Program-made: the position numbers and the translations under genes
Notes under the pieces: model-generated
What the model saw: only the letters and a program-made list of their open reading frames with translations
Databases searched by the model: none
Told to the model about the DNA's origin: nothing
NCBI GenBank assembly: GCA_001642005.1
Contig: LWCA01000296.1
Location: 1 to 33,138 of the forward strand
Length of the DNA stretch: 33,138 nt
Origin: Intoshia linei
Taxonomy: Eukaryota > Animalia > Orthonectida
Direction of reading: 5' to 3'
Part shown: one piece after another, positions 1 through 11,716 of the stretch
How the letters are laid out: each line of letters opens with the position of its first letter
Position numbering within the stretch: position 1 is the stretch's first letter

Positions 1-103
1 AATCAGTAAGCTTTACAGTCTTGGACATTAAATCCAAAGTCTTTTCTTGTTTCTCTTTTGATAGTTTTTGCTTCTGCGCACCACTTAATTGAATACGTTT
101 CAT
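1..103 (-). CDS. N-terminus of hAT transposase (ZMYM1-like type), partial
   Basis: ATG at 103 gives MKRIQLSGAQKQKLSKEKQEKTLDLMSKTVKLTD. The SGAQK+basic motif followed by KLTD is typical of N-termini of ZMYM1-like hAT transposases. Confidence 0.55.
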   Translation of the reverse strand, partial: MKRIQLSGAQKQKLSKEKQEKTLDLMSKTVKLTD

Positions 104-618
104 CTTAATCTGGGTCTGTAAAATAAAGATAATTTTATTAGATATTATTGTATATAATGTGGCAATCAACACAGTTAAAATATCATATTTTTGGCATACA
201 CAACCAAAATGAATTTAAATATAAATGGCAATTAAATTTAACTCAGAATTAACTCGGAAATATCAATTTAAAATGTTGAATATAAATTAAATCGAAAGAA
301 GGAACTGAAAGAAGCATATATATAATAGCTTAAAATATATATAAAAAACGGAAACTTAAAACTTACGTAGAACATAGTTAATTTACGTCAAGGGGGGTGT
401 ACAATCTCTAAAGCTGGATTCACACATTCGTCGACAAAGATAGTTGATAAGCAAACAGAAATGTAAAAATTTTAAATTTGCACATTATTTGGCGCTGAAA
501 AAAAAATTATTGTATAATAAATCCAATGTAAATCCGACAATAATTTTTTTTGTGGTGCCCCCTTTTCTTTGATGCCCTAAGCACGTGCTTATATTGGTTA
601 AGGGTTAATCCAGCCCTG
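1..618 (-). mobile_element. hAT-superfamily DNA transposon, 5' end (continues off the left edge)
   Basis: Minus-strand terminus at 618 reads CAGGGCTGGATTAACCCTTAACCAATATAAGCACGTGCTTAGGGC, a hAT-type end. It is followed by a GTAAGT...TTTTACAG intron (366-116) and a transposase-like ORF start at 103. Confidence 0.65.
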
Positions 619-794
619 ACATAACCAGTGAAAATGTACGATGAACGCACTTTCTGGCAACTCTGGTCGCTACTGTCTATATTTTTTGAATTCTCTGAAT
701 ATGTCGTAAATTATTATTAAAATATTTTTCAAAATGGTAAATTTATTTTAGTAATATTAGTTAATATTAATATATTAATTTTAATTAATTATAG

Positions 795-3700
795 ATTGTA
801 CCGAAAAAATTTTCAGTGGATATCAACATTTTATGGATCAAAAATGTTTCAGGTGCAAATTTACAGAGCTGTTTGATGAAAAAAGTCATAAATGTTTGCC
901 TCTACCGAAAAATACATTATGTTTGCATGAAGACAGAGATGTTATAATTTTTATATATCGAATTCTCATATTATTGTTTCTATTCTTATCGTGTGTTCAT
1001 TTTATGCGTAACAGAAATTCACCCTATTTATGCAGTAGTCGTTGTGAATTAGACATTGTTATGATTATTGGATTAACGTTCAACTGTTTAAATCAAATGT
1101 TGATGGTTTTTGATAAGTATTTGTGCGTATTAACTGTTTATGGTCACAATATTGGCGATGCATTTTACCATTTTGGTTTATTTTGCAAAATTTACAATTA
1201 CAAAAATAAGTCCAATTTTTTTGTACCAAGATTATATTACATTAAAAGAATTGTTGTAATTATGTTAATTATTGTGGTAATTTATTATTTACTATTGGCT
1301 ACCTGGTAAATATACGTGATTTTGGTAACAAATACTTTATTTTAGTAATACTTACTTTATTATGAAAGTAATTTTTAATCTTTGTTAATTAAAATTAATC
1401 TTTCTCAATATAAAAAGGTTGATTTGCAAAAGCTTCCTTTAAAAACATCACAAAAATTTCGAACAAAAAAGTTAAAGAAATATTTAGTTTCTAATTTTTA
1501 AAATTCTTTTTTTACTTTTATTTCTTTTTATTTTTCACTTTTATAATAAAGTATATACAGTCTAAGTCCTATTTAACGGAATTTCAAAATTTTGACAAAC
1601 CAAAAATTGCGTTAACTAGAATTTTACTCTTAAAATATGTTTTCTTCTTATTTATTTATAAGATTATCTCAAATAAAAAAAGCAAACCAATATATTTCTA
1701 ATATTTTAAAAAATCTGATAAATTTATAAATAAAAGATATTTATAAATTTCAGTAACTAGAATTAACATTTTATAAATTTTATTTTATTGAGCGATATTA
1801 AAAAAATCTAAAAATAGCTTCTATCTACCCCACTTATTTGAATAACTATAATTCATTATAAACATTCACATGTATTTATTTAGTTATCACAATCTCCAAT
1901 AAAGAAATATGTATATCTCTTCATAGCTATATTTAATAATTTTAAAATAATTCCGTTAAATATGAATTTTCTATAGAAAAACATCGCTAAACATCCTGTT
2001 TAGCGGAATTGCTAAATTTTTGAGTTCCAAAAATTCCGTTAAATAGGACTTAGACTGTACTTCCAAAATAAAGTATGAACTACTAAAATAAAGTATAATT
2101 TGTATGGAATTTACTAATGGTTAAAAAGACAAATTGTCCTTGTTTTGAAAATCAAACGAGTTCGAGAATTTAAACTATATACTCTGATACTGATTTTAAA
2201 ATCATAAACATTATCATAAATTTAAATTTAAAAAATTATATCTTCAGGGCCAAAACCCCAAATTACCCTTTTTTTATGAAAACAGCCCTAGAATTTAAAA
2301 AATATTGTTCAAATTTTATACAAAGGCGTTAATAGTGTTTCTCAATATTTTATATTATAATAATTTTAAAGGGTTCATTAAATCAATTAAATATTTTGCA
2401 CCATCAACTGATTGTGACATTAGAAACATTTTTAATCTGTTTATGTATTACTTTTATTGTTTATACTCGTTTTTATAGTATTATGTACTTTATAAAATTT
2501 TATAAGAAAAAAGAGCAAGAAAAGGCGACTGTTTCTGGTTACATTCTTTGCATATATAAAAATTAATGTCTGTCTGTCTGTTACCGTTTATTTAAAAAAA
2601 TTACAGAGTGTATAGTTGTATCCTGTTAACACACAAAAAATTTCAATCTGAAAAAGTGACGCCTTACCGGTTAAAAAAGCACTAGTATTTATTTTTTTTA
2701 TTTCGTATGAAATAATCAATGGTCCTATAATTACTGGATATAAAAAATTACCTGGAGTGTCACTTTGACCTTCCTGTAAAATTTTTTCAATTTTTTAGAC
2801 GGTTAATTCTTAAATTCTTTTCTTACCATATACGCAATACGCAATACATGAATATTTACCCTTTAAAATTTATATTTTATTTTGGTGTATTTTTAGATGG
2901 TTGAAATAACAATTGCATGGTACTTTATAATGGACTTTGCGAATGTTGATTACATAAATATGAGTCGAATATTAACAGATTCTGCTGAATACCTGGAAGT
3001 TACTTGCAATCGTTTCTTTTATCCTAAATTGTTGAATTTACTTTTCATTCGAATAATTCAAATTTTTACCATCTATGTGGCATTTCCGGTAATTTCATTG
3101 AAATATAGATTTTTATATTTTTTATGTATCATTATAATACACTATGCACTGTAATTAAATTCTGTTTTTTAATTTATCGACAAATAAAAATTAGAATTGG
3201 AATTAATTGGTAAAAATTATTGAAAAATAATCAATTAATTGTTTGTTCAAAAATTATTTTTTGAGATGAATTTTTTGCAATTAATTGAAGATTAATAACA
3301 ATATCATAATCATTTTTAAAAAAATTGTCATGTGGTGATAAATGAATACTAGCATGCTGTTTGTTCGAATTACATAAAAGTCAAGCTAGTAGGTTAAATA
3401 CATCATTTTTCTGATGACAAACGCGTTTCTATTTTTCTAAAATTGCATAGAATAATGAAAAGTTGTTAATATTTTATTATACAGTATCAAACTATTTTAT
3501 TTTCAAAAGAGTATTTAGAAAATATTTTCATATTATTTATTTTATTTCTTTCTTCGAATTTGGAAATAAAATTGTTTCTGGGAATAAATAAAGGATGGTG
3601 GGACTGTGATACGCTAAAACGAGTGTTGACAGTGTCAACTTGACACCTTAATATTGTATTATTATGAATTATAGTTTACAAGTGTATAATGATTAAATTT

Positions 3701-5970
3701 AATTTTTCAACTACATAAAAAACCAATTAATTGGAAATTATTTTTTCATTTTTTAATTAATTGCAATTATTTTATATAAATCCATTAATGAAAAATTAAT
3801 ATTTAGCAAACAATTAATTGGTTTATACAAAATAATTGATTCCAATCAATTATTTCCAATCCCTGTGTGTAACCATTTATTGAAAAAATTGACAGTGGCA
3901 GGATTTCAAAAAATCCAGTTTCTAATACCTTTTTTCCCCCGGACGTGTTTTTATCCATTTTTCAATTTCATAATATGAGTCCTTCAAGGTCAGAAACCAG
4001 CTATGAGAGCCAGATAAAATCAGCCCAAAATCAACTCAAAAATTTAATAAAACATACATTCTGGAACGCGTTTTAAAAGCATTAACATTGTCGTTAATCT
4101 CAGCCTCAGAAACGCATACGTTCATGGTGAAAACCCCAAATTACCCTTTGTTTTAAAAATGAAACATATCCTAAATTTTTTTAAACATAAATTTTGGGAT
4201 AGTTTAAAAATCATAAACACAAACCTCAAAAAAAATAATTTCTCGATCAAAACCCACATTACCATTTTTTTTTAAAAAGAAAACAGCCCTAGAATATAAA
4301 AAATTACAGATGGTACAGTTGTGATCTGTTAAGACATACAAAAAATTTCAATCTGAATAAGTGACGCCTTCACGGTCAAAAAATCATTTTAGTATTCATA
4401 TATTTTTTTTCCAAAATATTTTATTAAAACAAAAAATGTGAAATAATTAACGATCCGAAAAAAAAAAAAAAATTATTCTGATAGAGCTTATTTCATTTAA
4501 TATAAATACAAAATTTCAACCCCATAAATTTTTTTCAATTTTTGATTCTCAAATTTTCATTTTCAAAACATTTTGTTAAAAAAATAAAATTAAAACTACA
4601 ACAACGAATTACTAAAAGTAATACAACTTTGTTATCATTATTTTTATATTTATTATAATGCTTTGCAATATTGGTAAAATTCATCTGAAATATGTTTCTA
4701 AAGTGCTAATTCCGTTAATTCTTGATACATAATTGGCATTTTTAATTATTTATTAAATTGGTACTGAATATATTATCACATTAAAAATGACAAAATAGGT
4801 TTTTTCTGGAATTTACTTTATTTATAACAATTGTTTAAGATTGGACTGTTTTTTACTTTATTTTTAATATTATACACATCTTCTGTCGAATAAATTAAAA
4901 AAATGAGATAACAATTTTTTTTAAAATTCTTTACACAAATGTTAACAAAATAAATTTAACGTTGAATAATTCACTTTAAAGTAAAAACTAATGTGATATG
5001 ATGGTTCCACCTGAAACAAGTTTGGGAACCACTCCTTTAAAGGATTGATAATAGTTAATAATAGGATTTTTAAGTTAGATTTTCAACGTGAATTTAATTT
5101 AGTATAAATAAATTCATTTTTTTTGGTATAATAAAAATGTGCCCTCGGCAAAGCTAGGTGCTGTTTGTACGTAGTACATAACAGTCAAGCTAGTAATGTA
5201 TAAGTAGAGTTTAAAAAATTCAAAATTGGGAAAACTCACTGATTAGACTAGTAAACTTAAATTTAAATTAACTATCAATTAAAAAAAATATTCCATTTTT
5301 TACATTTTCGCGGACATTAGTTTAAGTACCAACGATCATAACCGAACCTACTAAGCTGGAGGCTACCCGAAGATGAAAAATAGGCCCCTAAAAATTTTAT
5401 CAAACGATCATGTTATATAGCCCATAATCACCCGTGATGATTTTGGTTTGGCATTTTAAATTTAACACACAAAATAGTTATGATATTCAAAAATATAATT
5501 TTTTGATGTTAATTTAGACAAATGAGACCACCATTATACAAATATTTTGTTTACCACCCGAAGAGGGTCTCTATATGGTAGGTTCGGCACTTCCAACAAT
5601 ACTTATAGTGACATGTAACAAAATAATTTATTTTTATTACATTTATTTGTTTTATTTTTTAATTATTAATTAAATTTGTGTTCAGTTACGCCATAGCCAA
5701 GTAAACTGGAAAGAATCAAAAATAATATTTAAATCAATGGCATTCAACCTTTCATTCCTTATCCTCATAATTTTTACTCATTTTATTGCTGGAAATCACA
5801 TTTATTTCGGAATACATAACCGTCAAATTATATATCTAATATTTAACTTTATCAATATTTATCCCATTGCATTCAAATTCTATGCTTCAATTTGTGTTCC
5901 TTACATATCAATTGTATTGGATAATTCATATCTCTTGTATATGCGGCAAAAATGTAAAAATTCACAATAA
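795..5970 (+). CDS. Class C (glutamate family) G protein-coupled receptor, cysteine-rich remnant + 7TM; N-terminal exons not in window
   Basis: Exons 795-1276, 2897-3088, 5686-5970 joined by GT-AG phase-0 introns (~318 aa). Class C-like motifs: CxxC...C before TM1, RNRNSPYLCSSRCEL (cf. TPxVKASGxEL), GLFCK, TM4 IVMVEITIAWY, ECL2 EVTCN, LRHSQVNWKESKIIFKSM (cf. NFNEAKxIxFSM), CVPYISIVL (cf. PKxYII). Confidence 0.8.
1558..2057. mobile_element. Tc1/mariner (pogo-like) MITE, 500 bp
   Basis: TIR CAGTCTAAGTCCTATTTAACGGAATTT matches AAATTCCGTTAAATAGGACTTAGACTG, with TA on both flanks. Confidence 0.9.
2545..5173 (+). mobile_element. Cluster of Helitron-like non-autonomous repeat fragments in the GPCR introns (span includes the GPCR exon at 2897-3088)
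   Basis: 5'-type end ATATATAAAAATTAATGTCTGTCTGTCTGTTACCGTTTATTT at ~2550. Two similar 3'-type ends GCTGTTTGT...AGTCAAGCTAG-T at ~3388 and ~5173. Shared internal blocks (AAAACCCCAAATTACCC, AAACAGCCCTAGAAT, TTTCAATCTGAAnAAGTGACGCCTT) recur at 2250-2300, 2640-2670 and 4130-4370. Confidence 0.5.
5342..5587. mobile_element. Possible small TIR element
   Basis: Inverted 10-mer CCGAACCTAC / GTAGGTTCGG brackets a GC-richer segment. No clear TSD. Confidence 0.35.
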
Positions 5971-6162
5971 AATGTTATTAAATGTACTATCAATATATGA
6001 ATTTATGAATCTATATTTTATTTTGTAATAATTTAAAATAGGTTGTTCCATTTTTTATTTAGATCAGTTTATAAAATATAAAAAAATACGACTGAAGATG
6101 TATTTACTTTATTATGTAAATTTACATTGGTATTCAAATCAAATTTTATTCATATTCTGAAA

Positions 6163-9100
6163 ATGAGTATTAACCGTCTCAACAAAACCAAATCAATACA
6201 ACTTAATCATTTTCATCATGATTTTGTCAGTATTGAACCAATTCAGGTATATATTTTTGTAAATTTCGAAAATTTAAATTTTTTTTAAGATTGTTATTAA
6301 AGACGTCCAATATAATGTTCAAGTATACGAAACGTATAGTACGGTTTTATAATATATACACTTTATATTTATAATGATAAAATTTAAACAAAACGTGAAT
6401 CATCAATTATATCACCAATTAAAAACTATTTAATAAACTTATATAATATAAACTTAATATAATAATGATTATATAATACTTATAGTTTATAATGTATAAT
6501 TGTAAACATCGTAAATGGTATGAAAATGGTTAAATATAAATATTTAGTGAAAGGTCCATTAATTAAAATAATGATTTATACAAAAAGTGATTCGTGGTGC
6601 ATATATCGACACAACGAAGATTTGTTCCGATTGCATCAAATGGTTTGTACATGTGTTTTGTTACCGCAATTTTGTGTCATTCCATCTTCTGAAACTGTAT
6701 ATGAGAATCACGAAGAAGAGGTCAATGATATGCGGGATTGCTTTGAAATATTTTTTGAAACTTTTCGTCGTTATTTAAATAACAACCTTCAATGCAATGA
6801 CATTTTAAATTGGTTTGATGTAATTCATTTTTTATTATATAAGGAATCAAAAATATATAATTATATAAGCGTGCGATAAATTCTTTTAAATAAACATTTT
6901 CTATCAATTAATTTTTGATCCGAAGAAAATTCCAAAGGAATGAATTATATTTCTTTATTGGAAATATGTAGACGTTCACTGCACATTTTTTTTGAAATTG
7001 TAGGATCAATATTTACATTTTCATTTTTATTTTAATTGATTTATTTGAAAAATATTGGTTGAATATATTAAAAGTATTTTTCCTCGGGAATGCGTAGATT
7101 TATGGGTTGAAATTTTGTATTTATATCAACTGGAATAAGCTCTATCAGAATAATTTTTTTTATTAATTTTAGCGTAGTTAATTATTTCACATTTTTTGTT
7201 TTAATAAAATGTTTCGGAAAAAAAAATATGAATACTAAAATCCTTTTTTGATTTCTATCCTTCTATGATAATGTTTATGATTTCAAAATCCGTATCAGCG
7301 TATATATTTTTTTAAATTCTCCAACTCGTTTGATTTTCAAAAAGAGGGACAACTGGGGTTTTTAACCCATAAGATGTGAGTTTGGGAGATTGAAATTTAT
7401 CTTACTATATGTCCCGGAAAAAACTGTAATTGAAATGTGGAATTTATAAAATTCTAAGACTAGGAGACTAGAATTTGAAATAAACGGTAACACACACAAA
7501 TATTGCATAGCATATTATAAGTAAGGATATATAGGTTGTAGGTTCATGTAGATTTAACTCAGATTTTAGTTACAATTAACTTTACATTCAAAAACATCTG
7601 TTGTAATTTAATTTTTAATTTTAAAAATAATACTAAACTTTTATCAGAGGTTTGGACATATTTCAAAAGGGTTTAAGGGAATATTTTTAATCAAATTTGA
7701 ATGGGTGATTTTTATATGTATGGTTTTGATGAAAAACTTTTTATATTATTAAAAATTACATTTAGATGACAGAAAAAGGAATTTGTATATATAAAATCTC
7801 ATTTTCCATAACTAAGACACCAAGAATTGCTAAAGCTAAAGCTATTGTTGATTTTACCGGCAACGAAAAAGATGAATTAAGTTTCAATGTAAATTAAATG
7901 TAGCTTAAATAAGATAAAATGTATATTAATATTGTAAGATATACATCACCGTGGAGAAGGGCTAGGGCCACATGACCTGGACTTATATTTAGGAAGACCT
8001 ATTTTTATTTATTATTAAGTAATGTTGCAAAATTTTATTTATGTGATTAAACCAGTGTTTCCCAATTGCAGGTCCGCGGACCAGTACTGTACTGGTCCGT
8101 GAAAATATTTTAACTGTCCACGAAATAATTATGAAAAATTTTTTACTAATTAAAAAAGTCTAATTAAATAGTATGTTTTTTTTCAATTTTTTTTTAATGT
8201 TGCCTAGAAATTTCTCTTTAATGGCCCGCTATAAATTTTATAGTTTATTACTAGTCCGCAATGAAAAAATTGTGGAACCCTGGATTAAACAATGTATAGA
8301 CGTTCCATTTTTTAAAAAAATATTATATGAACCTAAAATTTCCAATTATCTCGGGCCTAATGGTGGCACTTCACTACCTGAGGGTACATCTAAAAGTGAA
8401 AATTGGTTTATATATCGGTGGACAAATTGGTTTGAATTTTGTGGTGCGTTTGACGAGTTATAGAACATTTTGATATTTTTTTAAATGGTATTGAGAAATA
8501 ATGTGCCTATTGATGAATTTATTATCATGATTATATTTATCTTTGCCAACTCTGTCCATGTTTTGTACTACCTCGTATATTTAGCCTTAAATTACATTTT
8601 TCCAATTATAATTATGCCATTATTACGATTACATATTGTATACTATTATTTTGTAAAACTGACAAGATCTAACAATATAATTCATTTTATCCTTTTTAAT
8701 TTTGCACAAATTTTTAAATGTAGTCTAAAGAAATGAGTATGAATGTTTTTAGTGTTTAACGCAAAATGTTTTTATTGTGCTCGCTATAATTATGTTGATT
8801 TTTCATTTTACAAACTTTTATTAATTTGGATGCTTAAATTTAAATATACCATATCACCATAATTTTGGACTCAGTTCCGAGTTTACCGTACCAAGACCAC
8901 CTTTGCGGGCCTCGACGAAATTTTTGTAAAATCGTGGCCTCATTTGTTAATATTCAGTATTAAAACAATTATATTCTAGAAATTTCATAACGATTTTGTG
9001 TCATAAATTTAAAATATTAAGTCACGGACATTAGAGATATCGTTAGGGGCTATATGAAATTTTATAGTTTGTGAAAATTTTAAGAATTTTATTTTTATCT

Positions 9101-11667
9101 TTAAATCTGGCTGTGGACCACCAAATTTTTCTGTGGACCACGTTGAGTATCACTGTACAGTGTCATATCTTCTCTAGATATCCCTGCATTGTTGTATTTC
9201 AACATTATTTGTACACACTTAATCACGTCACATTACTAATTACTTACTTACTTAATTACATTACTATTATTACTAATCAATATATTTAGACTGGCGACAC
9301 TATAACTGTATTTGATATGCCTTCCACTGAAGATGAAAGAAATATTGAATTTATATGGTGGCGAGGAAAAAATAAAAATGTAATAAATAATTGTTATAAT
9401 TATAATTCATACATGTAAATAGCGTAAGATTCCTTTGAAGCGTTTCTGTTAAATTTTTTTAATGTTAATAAAATACGTAAATAATTTATGAATGCATTTT
9501 TAAAATTGCAAAATTTAAATTTAATATAAATTTTTGGGAACTGTTCTAGTCATTAGAATCTAGTGTATATTAATTAATTTAGATAACCGGATTTTTCCCT
9601 TCAAATTACGTAATCGTAAACAATAAATCCATAAGAAAAGCCAAAAGACGTAAAAGCAGTAAAAATAATATTACATGTCAGTGGTTCTTAACTTAAAAAT
9701 CCACGGATCCCAAAATTTATACTCTACTAAATCTTAGTAGATTAATGATTTTCTAATGGCAAAAAACGTATATATCAATATGAGATTGAAGTTTTAGATT
9801 TTATTTGCAAATTTAAAACGGTTGATAAAATTTTTCATGACGTTTTTGACTGGCAAGATGCGAATTTCTGAAAGTGAAATTTATGTTCAAACACAAACTG
9901 AAAAATCTGAATTATAATTTCTTATTTTTAAAATTCTAGGAACGTTAATTTTAAATAACCAGTAACACAGACATTCAACTCTACGTATTCAAAAAAACGG
10001 GATTTTTCCTTAAGATATGGAAAAAATTTAAAATTAAATAAAATTCTTCACTTTCCTTCAAACGGACGGTAACGTGTATATATTGGATAAAAACAATAAA
10101 TATTATGTTGGTATGTAGATAAATAATATATTTTTATCACTATTTTACAATATACATAAATAGTAATAAGTACTTTGCGGAATCATTAAAAATAGACGGA
10201 CCTGTTTAAGAAACACTGATATATTAATATCAATCAGTTAATATATTTAATCAAATATTAGCCAACAACAGTTTGCATTTTAGTAAAATATCATCAATAT
10301 TGTCAATGTTTCTAAAAATAAGAATAAACATATCTACTCTCAAATCCAGAGGAATTTTCAAGGATCGCATTTTCGGAACCAGCCTAGTTCAAGTAATTTT
10401 TAATGAATAACTATAATTTCTTATTAACCTTAATGTCAAGGTGTCCACATTTTTCCAAGCATCCCCTTCAAATTAGTTTGTAGCAGAACTAATATAGTTT
10501 CATCTTTTTCAGTAAGAGAAATGTTAAATCAATGTCAATTTGTCATAAAAATAAAGTAAAATTCAATGAAATAGTATAATTTTACTTTTAGACATGCGCT
10601 AGTCGTCAGAATAACAGTAAACTAATTTATTTAATATTAATAAATGAAATGGAATAAAATAAATATTAGTCCCTGTCGTAATAATAAAGTGCATCGAAAT
10701 TATCGAAAAATACGGATTTATTGAAGGGATATATCGAACATCTGGAAAATTGGACACGATTAAATATATAAAGTAATTTAAAATTGTATGTTAAACTCAA
10801 TAATAGAAACACGTTCGATGTTGGTGACATCCCAGATATGACTAAATTTCCAAATATGCAAATAGAAGGGGTGCATGCATTTTCATCAGTATTAAAAAAT
10901 TATTTTTCAGTACTCCCTGAAACCATTATACCGTATGATTTAGTTATATCGTACAATGTCTACCTCCAGGTAATTATTCAATAATTATTGTTTGCTAAAT
11001 TATAATTAACATGCTAATGAAATTTAGAACCCAAACGTTCCATACTCACAGTTTTACTCAAAGCTATTTGTCAACCTATCGCCACCTCATTACAAGTTTA
11101 AAATATGTAAATTTATATATATACTGAGTATAGAGTATTCAAATACATTATGCGTCATTTACATTACATGCACAGTAGAGCAAGCGAAACTAGTATGGAA
11201 GCAAAAAATATCAGCATCGTATGGTCTCCTTCGCTTTTCAAGTAATTTAAATTTTAAAACATACACGCAACATATCAAAACATTTTATGACATGATTTTT
11301 GAACAAAATATACAATTTAAAATTAGCAAAACATTGACGCTGGAAGGAATTCAGCTAGGATCACTATTTATCGAGAATACTATACGGAATTACGATTCCA
11401 TCTTTATAGATGACAAAATTGGTAAAATTAAAAATTCGTATAATTCTGTAACTAAACCGTAAACATTTAGCAAAGAAAACACTAGTGACGTCTCACATTG
11501 TTAGACGCAACAAAAAAAATACGCGTCGGATTGAAGTTCTTTCGATGAAAAATAAAAATTATTACAATAGTAATTTTTCAAAAACCTTACCTAAAGAAAC
11601 CTTAAACCCTAATAGCGCAAATAACAAAAGCATATACCTTAAACAAAAAAAAACACACGAAAAATAA
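6163..11667 (+). CDS. ARHGAP32: PX-SH3-RhoGAP protein, ARHGAP32/33 (RICS/TCGAP/CdGAPr)-like, ~524 aa
   Basis: 14 phase-consistent exons: 6163-6246, 6290-6338, 6548-6819, 7766-7888, 9290-9379, 9583-9649, 10262-10392, 10592-10616, 10670-10772, 10807-10969, 11028-11095, 11134-11241, 11327-11421, 11471-11667. Motifs HFHHDFVSIEPIQ, PX (SWCIYRHNEDL...LNWFD), SH3 (DELSF, DMP, WWRGK, GFFPSNYV), RGIFKDRIFG, RhoGAP arginine finger GIYRTSG, LSPPHY, MEAKNISIVWSP. Confidence 0.88.
7085..7500 (-). repeat. Inverted copy of the Helitron-like dispersed repeat
   Basis: Reverse complement of blocks at 4380-4530 and 2130-2220. It ends in AAATAAACGGTAACACACAC, the reverse complement of the TGTGTTACCGTTTATTT 5' motif. 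Confidence 0.6.
8053..8282. mobile_element. hAT (Charlie-like) MITE, 230 bp
   Basis: Ends CAGTGTTTCCCAA / TGTGGAACCCTG, with a perfect 8-bp TSD GATTAAAC (8045-8052 and 8283-8290). Confidence 0.9.
9679..10218. mobile_element. hAT-type MITE (degraded)
   Basis: TIR CAGTGGTTCTTAAC / GTTTAAGAAACACTG. TSD not conserved. Confidence 0.55.
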
Positions 11668-11716
11668 CAAATTTTGTTTTGTGTATAATTTTAATAAAAA
11701 CATTTACTACTTATAA

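Noticed and set aside
734-794. ATG|GT micro-exon plus intron as the GPCR start
   Set aside because: It would join in phase 0, putting the next exon in the wrong frame with an early stop.
4590-4732. Hydrophobic coding-like stretch in the second GPCR intron
   Set aside because: Careful translation hits TAA at 4656, so there is no continuous frame.
8173-8736. ORFs 8173-8463 and 8485-8736 (+) in a RhoGAP intron
   Set aside because: The first begins inside the hAT MITE. Neither has recognisable motifs, and the RhoGAP frame is complete without them. Minus-strand frames look mildly coding but could not be assembled.
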